Shown piece by piece: positions 26,225 to 34,881 of a DNA stretch of 64,000 nucleotides. Position 1 is the first letter of the stretch. The number at the start of each line of letters is the position of its first letter. The stretch is taken from contig DFKQ01000060.1 of NCBI GenBank assembly GCA_002373875.1, positions 12,993 to 76,992 of the forward strand, read 5' to 3'. Source of the stretch: Lachnospiraceae bacterium UBA3641. GTDB taxonomy: Bacteria; Bacillota; Clostridia; Lachnospirales; Lachnospiraceae. A program made the translations under genes and the position numbers. Under the pieces are notes generated by a model. It had not been told where the DNA came from. It was given only the letters and a program-made list of their open reading frames with translations, and made no database searches.

Positions 26225-26842
26225 CTATTCCTCTCCCTTGAAGAAATCCATCGTCGCAGATCCTTCCGGGCTTATACCTTCCTTTTTAAGCACGTTCCTT
26301 ATCGTCATAATTACTATCTTAAGATCCAGGATGAAGGATACCTTCTCGGTATACTCCACATCATATTCGAACTTCTGCGGCCAGGTCAGGGCATTTCTTC
26401 CATTAACCTGTGCCCAGCCTGTCAACCCCGGAAGAACGTCATGCCTGTGTTTCTGGCGTTCGTTGTACAGGGGCAGGTACTGCACCAGCAGGGGCCTCGG
26501 ACCCACAAGGGACATATCACCCTTCAGTATACAGAAGAGTTCCGGAAGCTCATCAAGGCTGCTGGCACGCAGCTTACGCCCAAAGGATGTAAGCCTGGCT
26601 TCATCCGGTTTAAGCACCCCGTTCTCATCACGCTCATCCGTCATGGAACGGAACTTGTACATGTGAAAGATCTTACCGTCCTTGCCCGGTCTGTCCTGAT
26701 GGAACAATACGGGACTCCCGAGCCTGACCCTCACCAGTACAGCCAGCACAATAAACACGGGCGACAGGACAATGATCGCGGACAGCGATAAGACTATATC
26801 AAGCAATCGTTTTATAAATCTTTTATATATCATCTTACACAA
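26225..26842 (-). CDS. Small monotopic phosphoglycosyl transferase (PglC/WcfS type initiating transferase)
   Basis: 205 aa. One re-entrant N-terminal helix plus the sugar transferase domain (YKFRSM..LDELPELFCILKGDMSLVGPRP..GLTGWAQVNGRN). Confidence 0.9.
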   Translation of the reverse strand: MCKMIYKRFIKRLLDIVLSLSAIIVLSPVFIVLAVLVRVRLGSPVLFHQDRPGKDGKIFHMYKFRSMTDERDENGVLKPDEARLTSFGRKLRASSLDELPELFCILKGDMSLVGPRPLLVQYLPLYNERQKHRHDVLPGLTGWAQVNGRNALTWPQKFEYDVEYTEKVSFILDLKIVIMTIRNVLKKEGISPEGSATMDFFKGEE

Positions 26843-27959
26843 ACAAGCTCCGGATGATCGTTATTATCCTGTCCATATCCTCACGGGTATTCTTAATGTC
26901 TGACGGCAGACATAGTCCGCGGTCGAATATCTTCTCGCAGAGGAACCCGTCCCCTGCGCCTATCATGTCCGAACCCTTATATACAGGCTGAAGATGCATG
27001 GGCTTCCATATGGGCCTGCTCTCAACATTCTCCTTCTCAAGCGCAAGCAATATATCAAGAGGCTTAACACTTGAACCTTCGTCGATCGTTATACATGATA
27101 ACCAGAAATTGGGCTCTGAGCATGACAGATATGGATTCATCCTTATCGCTTCAATATCCTTAAAGGCATCCTTGTATTCCATGTATATATCCTTTTTAAT
27201 GGATACATGTTCATCAAGATGCTTCATCTGCCCCCGGCCTATTCCCGCCACCACATTGGACATCCTGTAGTTGTATCCGATCTCCTTATGTTCATAGTGA
27301 CGTTCGGGTTCCCTTGCCTGGGTTGAGTAAAACCTGGCCTTCTTTATCTTATCTTCATCCATGCAGTAGAGCATTCCGCCGCCGGATGTCGTTATTATCT
27401 TATTACCGTTAAAGGAGAATATTCCATAGTCACCAAAGGTACCGGTCTGAGCTCCCTTATAGGTTGAACCGAGTGATTCCGCCGCATCTTCAATAAAGGG
27501 TACATTATGATCCTTACAGATATCTCTGATCTCGTCAAGCTTAGCCGGAGTCCCGTAGAGGTTGGCAGCTATAACTGCTTTAACTTCGGGATATTTATCG
27601 AAGGCCTTCTCAAGAGCCACCGGATCCATGTTCCATGTTTCTGCATCAGAGTCAATAAATACCGGCCTTGCGCCAACGTATACTATGGGATTAACGGTTG
27701 CCGAGAAGGTCATGGAAGGGCCGAAGACGATATCATCTCTTCCCACTCCCGCAAGTATAAGGGCAAGATGGATTGCCGCAGTTCCTGATGACAGAGCCGC
27801 ACAATAACCGCCGCCGACATAGGCTGCAAGCTCCTTTTCAAATTCATTGACATTAGGGCCCAGCGGAGCTACCCAGTTGGTATCAAAGGCTTCATTTATA
27901 TATTTAAGTTCTTCCCCATGCATCGTTGGACTGCTTAGGTATATTTTCTTGTTTGTCAT
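26835..27959 (-). CDS. DegT/DnrJ/EryC1/StrS-family sugar aminotransferase (PglE/WcfR-like)
   Basis: The start was moved to the ATG at 27959 (GAGGA RBS 6 nt upstream; MTNKKIYLSSPTMHG). It has the PLP-lysine context FSFNGNKIITTSGGGM. Confidence 0.9.
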   Translation of the reverse strand: MTNKKIYLSSPTMHGEELKYINEAFDTNWVAPLGPNVNEFEKELAAYVGGGYCAALSSGTAAIHLALILAGVGRDDIVFGPSMTFSATVNPIVYVGARPVFIDSDAETWNMDPVALEKAFDKYPEVKAVIAANLYGTPAKLDEIRDICKDHNVPFIEDAAESLGSTYKGAQTGTFGDYGIFSFNGNKIITTSGGGMLYCMDEDKIKKARFYSTQAREPERHYEHKEIGYNYRMSNVVAGIGRGQMKHLDEHVSIKKDIYMEYKDAFKDIEAIRMNPYLSCSEPNFWLSCITIDEGSSVKPLDILLALEKENVESRPIWKPMHLQPVYKGSDMIGAGDGFLCEKIFDRGLCLPSDIKNTREDMDRIITIIRSLFV

Positions 27960-28091
27960 GGTTGTTCCTCTGTATTTCCCATACAACACAGGCTCAAAAT
28001 ATATGTGTTGTCTGAACATATTGTCATATTATATCATAGAAAGTCAGACCTTGGCAAATTCGCCCCGGTCCACTCTCTAACACCATATATA

Positions 28092-29336
28092 CTAATTATT
28101 TACTCCACCTGTATCCTCCGGTTTTTCATTGATCTTAAGGACTGCCCTTCCGAGCGCAAAATAAACTATAGGAGCACATAGCTCCATCTCCAGCACATTG
28201 GATCCGATGGACATAAGGATGGCGGAAGTGATCACGGCAAGTTCCGGAACTATACCGCTAAGTTTTTTATTCCTTCCCGTCAGTGCCTTAATATATATCA
28301 TGACCACAACTGTTATTATCATAGCTGTTCCTATGATCCCCATCTCAGTGTAGAGTTTCACAAGTCCGCCGTCCGCCACAATATAGGGTTGTATCCCCGC
28401 AGCCCTGTGTCCGTGGCTTCCAAGCCCGTCGCCTATCCAGATATTTTTCATACTGTTAACGGCATCCACCCAGGACCCGGATCTTTCACCGAAACCATCA
28501 GGGATTGAAGCAAGCCTGATGTAGAATTTCTCGAAGACTCCCCTTGCAACTATAAAGACAGCAACAAGTATGGCAGCCACGCTTCCAAGAGCGATCCAGA
28601 TATATTTCATGGGTTTTCTCCTGTCCACCACAATATCGACAAACTCATAAAAAACAAGAAACAGGATAACGCAGAACATTGCCGATCTCTGATTTGCCAT
28701 GAAGGAAAAAAGGATAGATAATAAAAGATAAATGACACCTATGATCTTCGTCTTCTTTTCGTCTTTCCTTAAGAAAAATGCTGATACACAGGTTGAATAT
28801 GCCACAAAGGCTCCCATGGGCCCCGAACCGATTATTGAGTTCATCCTGACCCTCATCGTAGGTACATCAGCCTTGGATATGAATTCATTAACATATGAAA
28901 AATCAATGTAGAACCGGGGTGCCCAGATATAGAACACCGCCCCGATGGCCCCCATAAGCAGCGCAGCAACCATAAAGCCATGATAATACCTGGCTGCGTA
29001 TTCTTCATCAAATCCCCTGCCCGCATAATATAGTATCATCGGAAGAAAAGTTGTGGATACCTCTCCGACAAAAACGCTCAAGGGAATGCCGTAATGCACA
29101 CACCATATTCCCGAGATCAGATTAAACAGAACATACAGGGCAAACACCCTGTCGCAGGCAGTCGCAAAGGTCAGATGAAAGGCACAGATACCCACCACGC
29201 CTACGGCAAGAAAAAATGTCATGGTAATACCTGTCCTGATCGAACTGAAAAAAACATAAGCAAAATAAATAAGCGTGAACAGCGGATAGATAAAACAGAT
29301 ATATTCATTTACATACTTCTTAAGTTTTGTAGCCAC
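28092..29336 (-). CDS. Wzy-type polymerase / O-antigen-ligase-family membrane protein
   Basis: 414 aa with about 10-12 TM helices. The external loop motif GERSGSW..N...IWIGDGLGSHGH resembles Wzy_C proteins. Full-length paralogue of 17599-18417. Confidence 0.7.
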   Translation of the reverse strand: MATKLKKYVNEYICFIYPLFTLIYFAYVFFSSIRTGITMTFFLAVGVVGICAFHLTFATACDRVFALYVLFNLISGIWCVHYGIPLSVFVGEVSTTFLPMILYYAGRGFDEEYAARYYHGFMVAALLMGAIGAVFYIWAPRFYIDFSYVNEFISKADVPTMRVRMNSIIGSGPMGAFVAYSTCVSAFFLRKDEKKTKIIGVIYLLLSILFSFMANQRSAMFCVILFLVFYEFVDIVVDRRKPMKYIWIALGSVAAILVAVFIVARGVFEKFYIRLASIPDGFGERSGSWVDAVNSMKNIWIGDGLGSHGHRAAGIQPYIVADGGLVKLYTEMGIIGTAMIITVVVMIYIKALTGRNKKLSGIVPELAVITSAILMSIGSNVLEMELCAPIVYFALGRAVLKINEKPEDTGGVNN

Positions 29337-29342
29337 TGATTA

Positions 29343-29371
29343 TTTCAAACCTTTCTCTTTCATGTTATACT
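29343..29371 (+). promoter_or_regulatory. Candidate sigma-70-type promoter for the carrier-protein gene
   Basis: TTTCAA-17 nt-TATACT, with TG upstream of the -10 hexamer (extended -10). It lies about 85 nt upstream of the ATG at 29455. Sequence-only prediction. Confidence 0.3.
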
Positions 29372-29454
29372 GTAACTGTCCGGATCAATTATTCCCGACT
29401 GTTTCGGACGATCACCATCAACAATAACAAACATGGATCATAACGGAGGTTACT

Positions 29455-29679
29455 ATGGAAGAACTGTTAGAAATACTTAGGGATGTACGAGACGATATCG
29501 ATTTTGGGCAGGCTACCGATCTGGTAAGCTCCAAGCTGCTTACATCCTTCGATATCATTCAGCTTATCAGCACACTTGATGATGAGTATGATATCTCCAT
29601 TCCAGCATCCGAGATCGTCCCCGCCAATTTTGATTCTGCGCAGGCTATATATGCGCTGGTTCAAAGGCTGAAGGGTTAA
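29455..29679 (+). CDS. DltC-like acyl/aminoacyl carrier protein
   Basis: 74 aa and acidic. The GGAGG RBS lies 6 nt upstream. The helix-2 Ser context KLLTSFDIIQLISTL parallels DltC IIDSFQTV.LL. It is the only plus-strand gene in a 14-kb minus-strand block. Confidence 0.8.
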   Translation: MEELLEILRDVRDDIDFGQATDLVSSKLLTSFDIIQLISTLDDEYDISIPASEIVPANFDSAQAIYALVQRLKG

Positions 29680-31220
29680 CTGAGCTCAGACAGCCGGTGC
29701 CGGTCGATCTTGCCGTTTTTATTAAGCGGCATCTCATCAAGCTTCACCGTCTTACCGGGGATCATGAACTGCGGAAGCTTCTGCTTCAGGGCTTCTGTCA
29801 GTTCCCTCTTCTCCATTTCCCCGGTGTAGAAGAGCTCTATCCTCTTCTTCCCTGTGTTGTAGATGCAGCAGGCTCTTGTAATACCGTCCGCTGCCTGTGC
29901 CGCCGCCTCTATCTCCCCTAATTCTATTCTCTGTCCCATATGCTTTATCTGGAAATCCTTACGGGATACATATATCAGGTTCCCCTCTTCATCATACCTT
30001 CCTATATCACCGGTCCGATACATAAGCTCACTGAACCTGTCATTCAGGGGATTCTGCATGAACGCCTCCGCAGTTCTTTCGAAATCCCTGTAATAGCCCA
30101 GAGCCAGACAGGTACCCGAAACACATATCTCGCCGCACTTCCCGGACTCAACAACCCGGCGATCCGCTTCGTCAAGAAGGAACACCTTCTCATTTACAAA
30201 GGGAACACCGGCAGGTATCGATTCATCATTTTCATAATCACGGTCAAGGATATAGTAAGTGCAGTTGCAGGTTATCTCAGTAGGTCCGTACAGATTTACA
30301 TATGTCGCGTCAGGAAGAAATCTCCGCCACTTGTTAAGGTGCTTTACAGGCATGACCTCTCCGCTGAACATCACTTTATTTATGGTTTCCGGCGTCCTGT
30401 ATTCAAGTCCGTTCATTATGGACACAAAACACATTGCGGATACCGCCCATATCAGGGTAGTTACCTTATTGTCCGCCAGATAATCCATTAAAAGGACCGG
30501 GTTCGAGAAATAGTCCCTCGGGATCAACCAAACACTTGCTCCCGTGTACAGGCCGCTGTAGATATCCTTGACGGAAACATCAAAATCAAAAGGGGCCTGA
30601 TTGGCCAGTATATCTTCGTGGGTAATGTTAAATGTCCCGGTAAATACCCTGATAAAATCAATCACCGAACGATGGCTCACCGCTACCCCCTTCGGCGTAC
30701 CCGTGCTCCCGCTTGTGAAATTCACATAGAGCGGCCGTATGTCGCAGGCCTTCATCCCGGCTTCTTTAAGTAAACCTTCATCCGGTTCGCATTTTGCCGC
30801 ACATTCAAGAAGATCGTTTATCAGAACGATCTTGGGCTTAGGTTCATCTGCCTGTGCCATGATCCCCCTGAGAGCTTCCTCGTTTTCGATGTCCGTGACA
30901 ATAAGCTTCGGTGCAAGAATGCTTATTACACTTGCGGCACGCTCCGCAGGCTGCCTTACATCAATGAAGCTGTAGAAGGCCAGAGCCCGTACCGCACCCA
31001 ACATCACTCCCACCGCATCCGTACTTTTCTCCATGTAAAAGCCCACTCCGTCTTCTGCTTCAAGCGGGCCGAATCTCTCATCCCGCAAAAACAGCGTGGC
31101 AATCCTTAAAACAGTATCATTAAGTTCACCGTATGTGATGCTCTTATCCGGATCGGCAAAAGCAATCCTGTCTTTATGATCCATAGCTGCTTTTTCAAGC
31201 ATGGTGATCACATCAGTCAT
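29676..31220 (-). CDS. DltA-like adenylate-forming enzyme (carrier-protein ligase)
   Basis: 514 aa. A3 motif FTSGSTGTPKGV, the DltA-like FDFDVSVKDIY, A8 YRTGD and A10 NKNGKIDR. Its stop codon overlaps the carrier gene stop on the opposite strand. Confidence 0.85.
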   Translation of the reverse strand: MTDVITMLEKAAMDHKDRIAFADPDKSITYGELNDTVLRIATLFLRDERFGPLEAEDGVGFYMEKSTDAVGVMLGAVRALAFYSFIDVRQPAERAASVISILAPKLIVTDIENEEALRGIMAQADEPKPKIVLINDLLECAAKCEPDEGLLKEAGMKACDIRPLYVNFTSGSTGTPKGVAVSHRSVIDFIRVFTGTFNITHEDILANQAPFDFDVSVKDIYSGLYTGASVWLIPRDYFSNPVLLMDYLADNKVTTLIWAVSAMCFVSIMNGLEYRTPETINKVMFSGEVMPVKHLNKWRRFLPDATYVNLYGPTEITCNCTYYILDRDYENDESIPAGVPFVNEKVFLLDEADRRVVESGKCGEICVSGTCLALGYYRDFERTAEAFMQNPLNDRFSELMYRTGDIGRYDEEGNLIYVSRKDFQIKHMGQRIELGEIEAAAQAADGITRACCIYNTGKKRIELFYTGEMEKRELTEALKQKLPQFMIPGKTVKLDEMPLNKNGKIDRHRLSELS

Positions 31221-32154
31221 TTCCGCTCCCTTCCTCTGTGCCGAATCTTTTCTTAAATACCTGTATCAGTTCTTTTGTATACGCCCTGCGCCCCTTCGCC
31301 GACATGTGGTTCATGTCTTCAAAGAATTCAGGATCATCCGATTCAAAATCAACCTCATCTGCCAGGATATAGGGAGCGTTGTTCTCCTCAAGTATCCTGA
31401 TGTACTCTTCCCTGTATTTTATGAAGGTCGGATCCTTTTGAAGTCTGTGATAGCATGGACTTTCGAGAAAGACGAATCCCTGCCCGTCCTTTTGGCATTT
31501 TTGTATTATATCAACTACCGCATCTGCCTGAGCCTTGACCAATGACTTATCCGAAATATCAAATTCCTCACTTTCCAGCACAGCCTTCCCGGGAGATACC
31601 GTTTCGTCTGTCTTGGCACCTTTATAATACCTGGTCCCATAGAAGGGCTCCGTCACCGGAAATGTAATAAGGTCATCCATACCTGATGTCACAAAATACT
31701 CATAAAACATCGGAAAATCGGTATTCCCCGCTGCATACATGCTCCGCCACAGTTCTCTCTTACCTTCAAAGGTCAGGTCCCAGATCACCCTCGAATCCGA
31801 AAGCGCTACCTCCTGTGTAAGCATCATCGGTCCCAATTCGAAAACGATCAGGCCGTAATCATTGCCCGACCTGCGTTTCAATTCATCATACTGGATAGAT
31901 GTTGCCACAAGCTGGTTGCCTCCGTAGGAAATATCATATACCCTGCCGTCATAGGCTTCATCCATGGTCGGCATATCGATATTGGCCCTGAAAGTTGACG
32001 AACCGATAAACAGGACATCCAGATCACCGGTTTGTATTGCGTCATGGATTCCCCTGTTCCTTATCGGCATTTTGCACGAATATACATTTTTGAAGGCGAC
32101 GACAGCTGCTACAATGATAAGGGCCGCCGCAACGGTTATTATTACTTTTTTCAT
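31213..32154 (-). CDS. Membrane-anchored SGNH/DltD-like protein
   Basis: The start was moved to the ATG at 32154 (MKKVIITVAAALIIVAA signal anchor). Block I-like motif LFIGSSTF and block V-like DMNH (DxxH). It sits between the MBOAT and the adenylase. Confidence 0.5.
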   Translation of the reverse strand: MKKVIITVAAALIIVAAVVAFKNVYSCKMPIRNRGIHDAIQTGDLDVLFIGSSTFRANIDMPTMDEAYDGRVYDISYGGNQLVATSIQYDELKRRSGNDYGLIVFELGPMMLTQEVALSDSRVIWDLTFEGKRELWRSMYAAGNTDFPMFYEYFVTSGMDDLITFPVTEPFYGTRYYKGAKTDETVSPGKAVLESEEFDISDKSLVKAQADAVVDIIQKCQKDGQGFVFLESPCYHRLQKDPTFIKYREEYIRILEENNAPYILADEVDFESDDPEFFEDMNHMSAKGRRAYTKELIQVFKKRFGTEEGSGND

Positions 32155-32158
32155 GATC

Positions 32159-33586
32159 TTAAAATGCCTGGTACATAAAACTTGATTTTCCCGCCACACC
32201 GAAAAGTGCAATGATCGTTAACATCGCAAAAGCATATATATATCTGTGCCCGGTAAATGCCTTTTCGTCTTTTTCCTTTTTTATTTCTATTACGGCCTGG
32301 GCTGTCACAAGCACCAGGATTATGATGACAGAGGCTGCTGCCTGATTACCGTTTCCGAAGGGTGTCATCGCAGCCGCGATCTCGGCACCGTTTATCCGGG
32401 TGTTTGTAAATATTCCCTTAAATATGGCAACCATATCAGAAAAGCTCTCCGATCTGTAGATGATCTCGCCACAGCTCAATATAAGTAGCGTCCTGCATAC
32501 CTGAAAGATCTTAACAAAGATATTGTTTGTATTCCAATGTATCCTTGCATTTAATTTTTTTATATAAGACTGGGTACAGAATGAAAGAAGCATTATAAAG
32601 GCAAAATAGATACCCCAGCCAAGATATGAGAATTTCGCACCGTGCCATATTCCGGTCACTATCCAGACAAGCATCGTCGGAAATATGCACCTTAGTGTTC
32701 CTTTTTTGGCTTTTGTAAATATCTTCCCAAGCCCTCTTGAGAGCTTTCTGTTCCATCCGGCGGTAACCGAAGGCATGTAAAGATGGTTCATAAACCATTC
32801 ATTCAGTGATATATGCCATCTTCTCCAGTACTCAGGTATGCTATTTGACAGATAGGGCCTTTTGAAATTCTCTTTTAAATTGATGCCCAGCATTTTAGAT
32901 ACTCCGCATACAATATCCATATATCCCGAGAAGTCAGCGTACATCTCCACAAGATAAAATAATGTGGCCACAATAAGAGTCAGCCCGCCGCGGCCCACAG
33001 GCGATGAATAAACGGTATCAATATAAAAGCCCACTCTTCCGGCTATAACGAGCTTTTTAAATATTCCGATTATTATCCTGTATCCGCCCTCTTTTATATT
33101 CTGTCTGTTGTATCCATGATAAGCAACAAGCTGGTCGTGCATCTCCTGATATGTCCCTATGGGGCCCTGTGTCAGCTGGGGAAAGTAGGAGATAAAAAGT
33201 GCATAATGCCAAAGATCGTTACAGGGTTTGATCTTCTTATCATAGCAGTCATGGGCATAACCCAGGGTCATAAAGGTATAGAAGGATATTCCCAAGGGTG
33301 CGGCCAGATCCCTGACACCCAGATTCACGCTGTACTTAAAGACTATAAGAAGGCCCAGGTTTATTGCTATGGTCAATATGAAATTCCGCTTTACAGGGTT
33401 TCTCATAAGGAACCATGTAGACACGATCGAAATAATTATGAATATTATGTAAACCGGATTTGCCCAGACATAAAATATGGCATTTCCGACGAGAAGTGCC
33501 TTCCACTGGTGCTTTTCTCCCACCTTGTAATATATACAGAGGAAGCATAGCATGAATATGAAAAAGGGAAGCGATATAAGGCTCAT
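32159..33586 (-). CDS. MBOAT-family membrane O-acyltransferase (AlgI/DltB type)
   Basis: 475 aa and multi-pass. MBOAT signatures YWRRWHISLNEWF and the conserved His in GIWHGA. Confidence 0.9.
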   Translation of the reverse strand: MSLISLPFFIFMLCFLCIYYKVGEKHQWKALLVGNAIFYVWANPVYIIFIIISIVSTWFLMRNPVKRNFILTIAINLGLLIVFKYSVNLGVRDLAAPLGISFYTFMTLGYAHDCYDKKIKPCNDLWHYALFISYFPQLTQGPIGTYQEMHDQLVAYHGYNRQNIKEGGYRIIIGIFKKLVIAGRVGFYIDTVYSSPVGRGGLTLIVATLFYLVEMYADFSGYMDIVCGVSKMLGINLKENFKRPYLSNSIPEYWRRWHISLNEWFMNHLYMPSVTAGWNRKLSRGLGKIFTKAKKGTLRCIFPTMLVWIVTGIWHGAKFSYLGWGIYFAFIMLLSFCTQSYIKKLNARIHWNTNNIFVKIFQVCRTLLILSCGEIIYRSESFSDMVAIFKGIFTNTRINGAEIAAAMTPFGNGNQAAASVIIILVLVTAQAVIEIKKEKDEKAFTGHRYIYAFAMLTIIALFGVAGKSSFMYQAF

Positions 33587-33730
33587 GCCCCGCCTCCTTC
33601 CGATATCCTTATGATGAGAATTTCATATTTTATCTTTTGCTTTATATAAGACATCATTTTATTATAACCGGATATTTTAATCTCTGATCGCAGACAACTC
33701 TATGTATTTTACTGGATTTTCATATCAAAT

Positions 33731-33762
33731 GCAAGAAAGGTCCCGGCAAATCTGCCGGAACC
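33731..33762 (-). terminator. Rho-independent terminator after the acidic-protein gene
   Basis: Minus strand: GGTTCCGGCA-GATT-TGCCGGGACC (10-bp stem with one G-U pair) followed by TTTCTTGCATTTG. Confidence 0.65.
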
Positions 33763-33823
33763 TCAATTAAATTCATCCTTTTTTGCCGTTTTATTTACCG
33801 ATCCCGCTCTCTGATCCGGCTGA

Positions 33824-34714
33824 TCATACCTCACTCGCGGTTGCCGGATCGACTCCCAGAACCTCCTGCATCACCTTAAGCCGTCCGTTCTCTACTGCCC
33901 TGTCAAGAGCTTCCGATGTGATCCTGTCATTTTCCTCGGCACCGGCCAGCACGTTCATTCTTTCTATGAATTCATTATCAAGACCCATTTCCTCGGTTAT
34001 TATCCGTTTCCTGTTTTCATCGGCTTCATTTGTGACCGTCGGATTCTCATTTGCCTCGTCCCTCTCCTCTTCGTTTTGGACAGCCGCTTCATTTGCCCGC
34101 TTGTCACTTATCTCTTTGTTGGTGCTTACAACCTCATTGTCTCTCTTTGTGACCTCATTAACTCCGTACTCTCTCCTGTCCTCCATTGTACGGGCAGCTT
34201 CCTCATTGGTCTCCTTTTCTTCCTTTTCATCGTTGATTTCAGCCATTCTGGCATCGTTCTTCTCGCCCCTTACTTCTTCACGGCGTTCAAGTTCCTTATC
34301 CAACTGGTTGCTGTTTATCTCGCCCTGTAAGTACAGACGCTCCAGTTCATCCTTGGAATAAGACAGAAGCGAACTAACCTTACCGGGATCAGCCTTATCC
34401 TCATTGCCGGTCCTTCCCGCTTTTTCGGCATCCTCAGGCCTTACTTCCACGGGCTTTCTCATAACCAGACCTTCACTGATACTTTCCATTGCTTCCCTGC
34501 TTGCCCTGGCCTGATCTCCGTCCCTGCTTACTCCTATGGTCTCACGCCCGTCATTAATTTCGGGTTTTACGGCAGGCTGGTCTTTCGCCGGCTCCAAACC
34601 CTTGGGTTCTGCCCCGGCTCCCACCTTCTCGATCTGTATCTCAATCTCTCTGTTATCTACGGGTTTTATGTCTCTGTATGCAGGCATCATTTCATTTATC
34701 GGACTTATTTTCAT
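33824..34714 (-). CDS. Highly acidic, low-complexity (E/D/N/R-rich) hypothetical protein
   Basis: The start was moved to the ATG at 34714 (GGAGG RBS 8 nt upstream; MKISPINEMM). 296 aa, with no TM helix or signal peptide seen and no recognisable domain. It has its own promoter and terminator. Confidence 0.6.
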   Translation of the reverse strand: MKISPINEMMPAYRDIKPVDNREIEIQIEKVGAGAEPKGLEPAKDQPAVKPEINDGRETIGVSRDGDQARASREAMESISEGLVMRKPVEVRPEDAEKAGRTGNEDKADPGKVSSLLSYSKDELERLYLQGEINSNQLDKELERREEVRGEKNDARMAEINDEKEEKETNEEAARTMEDRREYGVNEVTKRDNEVVSTNKEISDKRANEAAVQNEEERDEANENPTVTNEADENRKRIITEEMGLDNEFIERMNVLAGAEENDRITSEALDRAVENGRLKVMQEVLGVDPATASEV

Positions 34715-34842
34715 ACCTTTCACCTCCGTTATTTCGGTTAAACGTAGCCATTCCCCACAAAACAAACCACAATATCTTGTATATGTTCTTTGTATTTGTA
34801 CTATCTATACATATCGTCACATAGATATACTTATGTGATTTT

Positions 34843-34871
34843 ATTATACTATATTTCCATGGTTTTATCAA
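34843..34871 (-). promoter_or_regulatory. Strong sigma-70-like promoter for the acidic-protein gene
   Basis: Minus strand: TTGATA-17 nt-TATAAT. It lies 10 nt downstream of the 35-bp palindrome. Confidence 0.45.
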
Positions 34872-34881
34872 TAAAGATTAT

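Noticed and set aside
33783-34361. 192-aa Ser/Leu-rich plus-strand ORF.
   Set aside because: It is the antisense reading of the Glu/Asp-rich acidic protein gene, since GAA/GAG-rich codons read as TTC/CTC on the other strand. It has no RBS and no independent signals.
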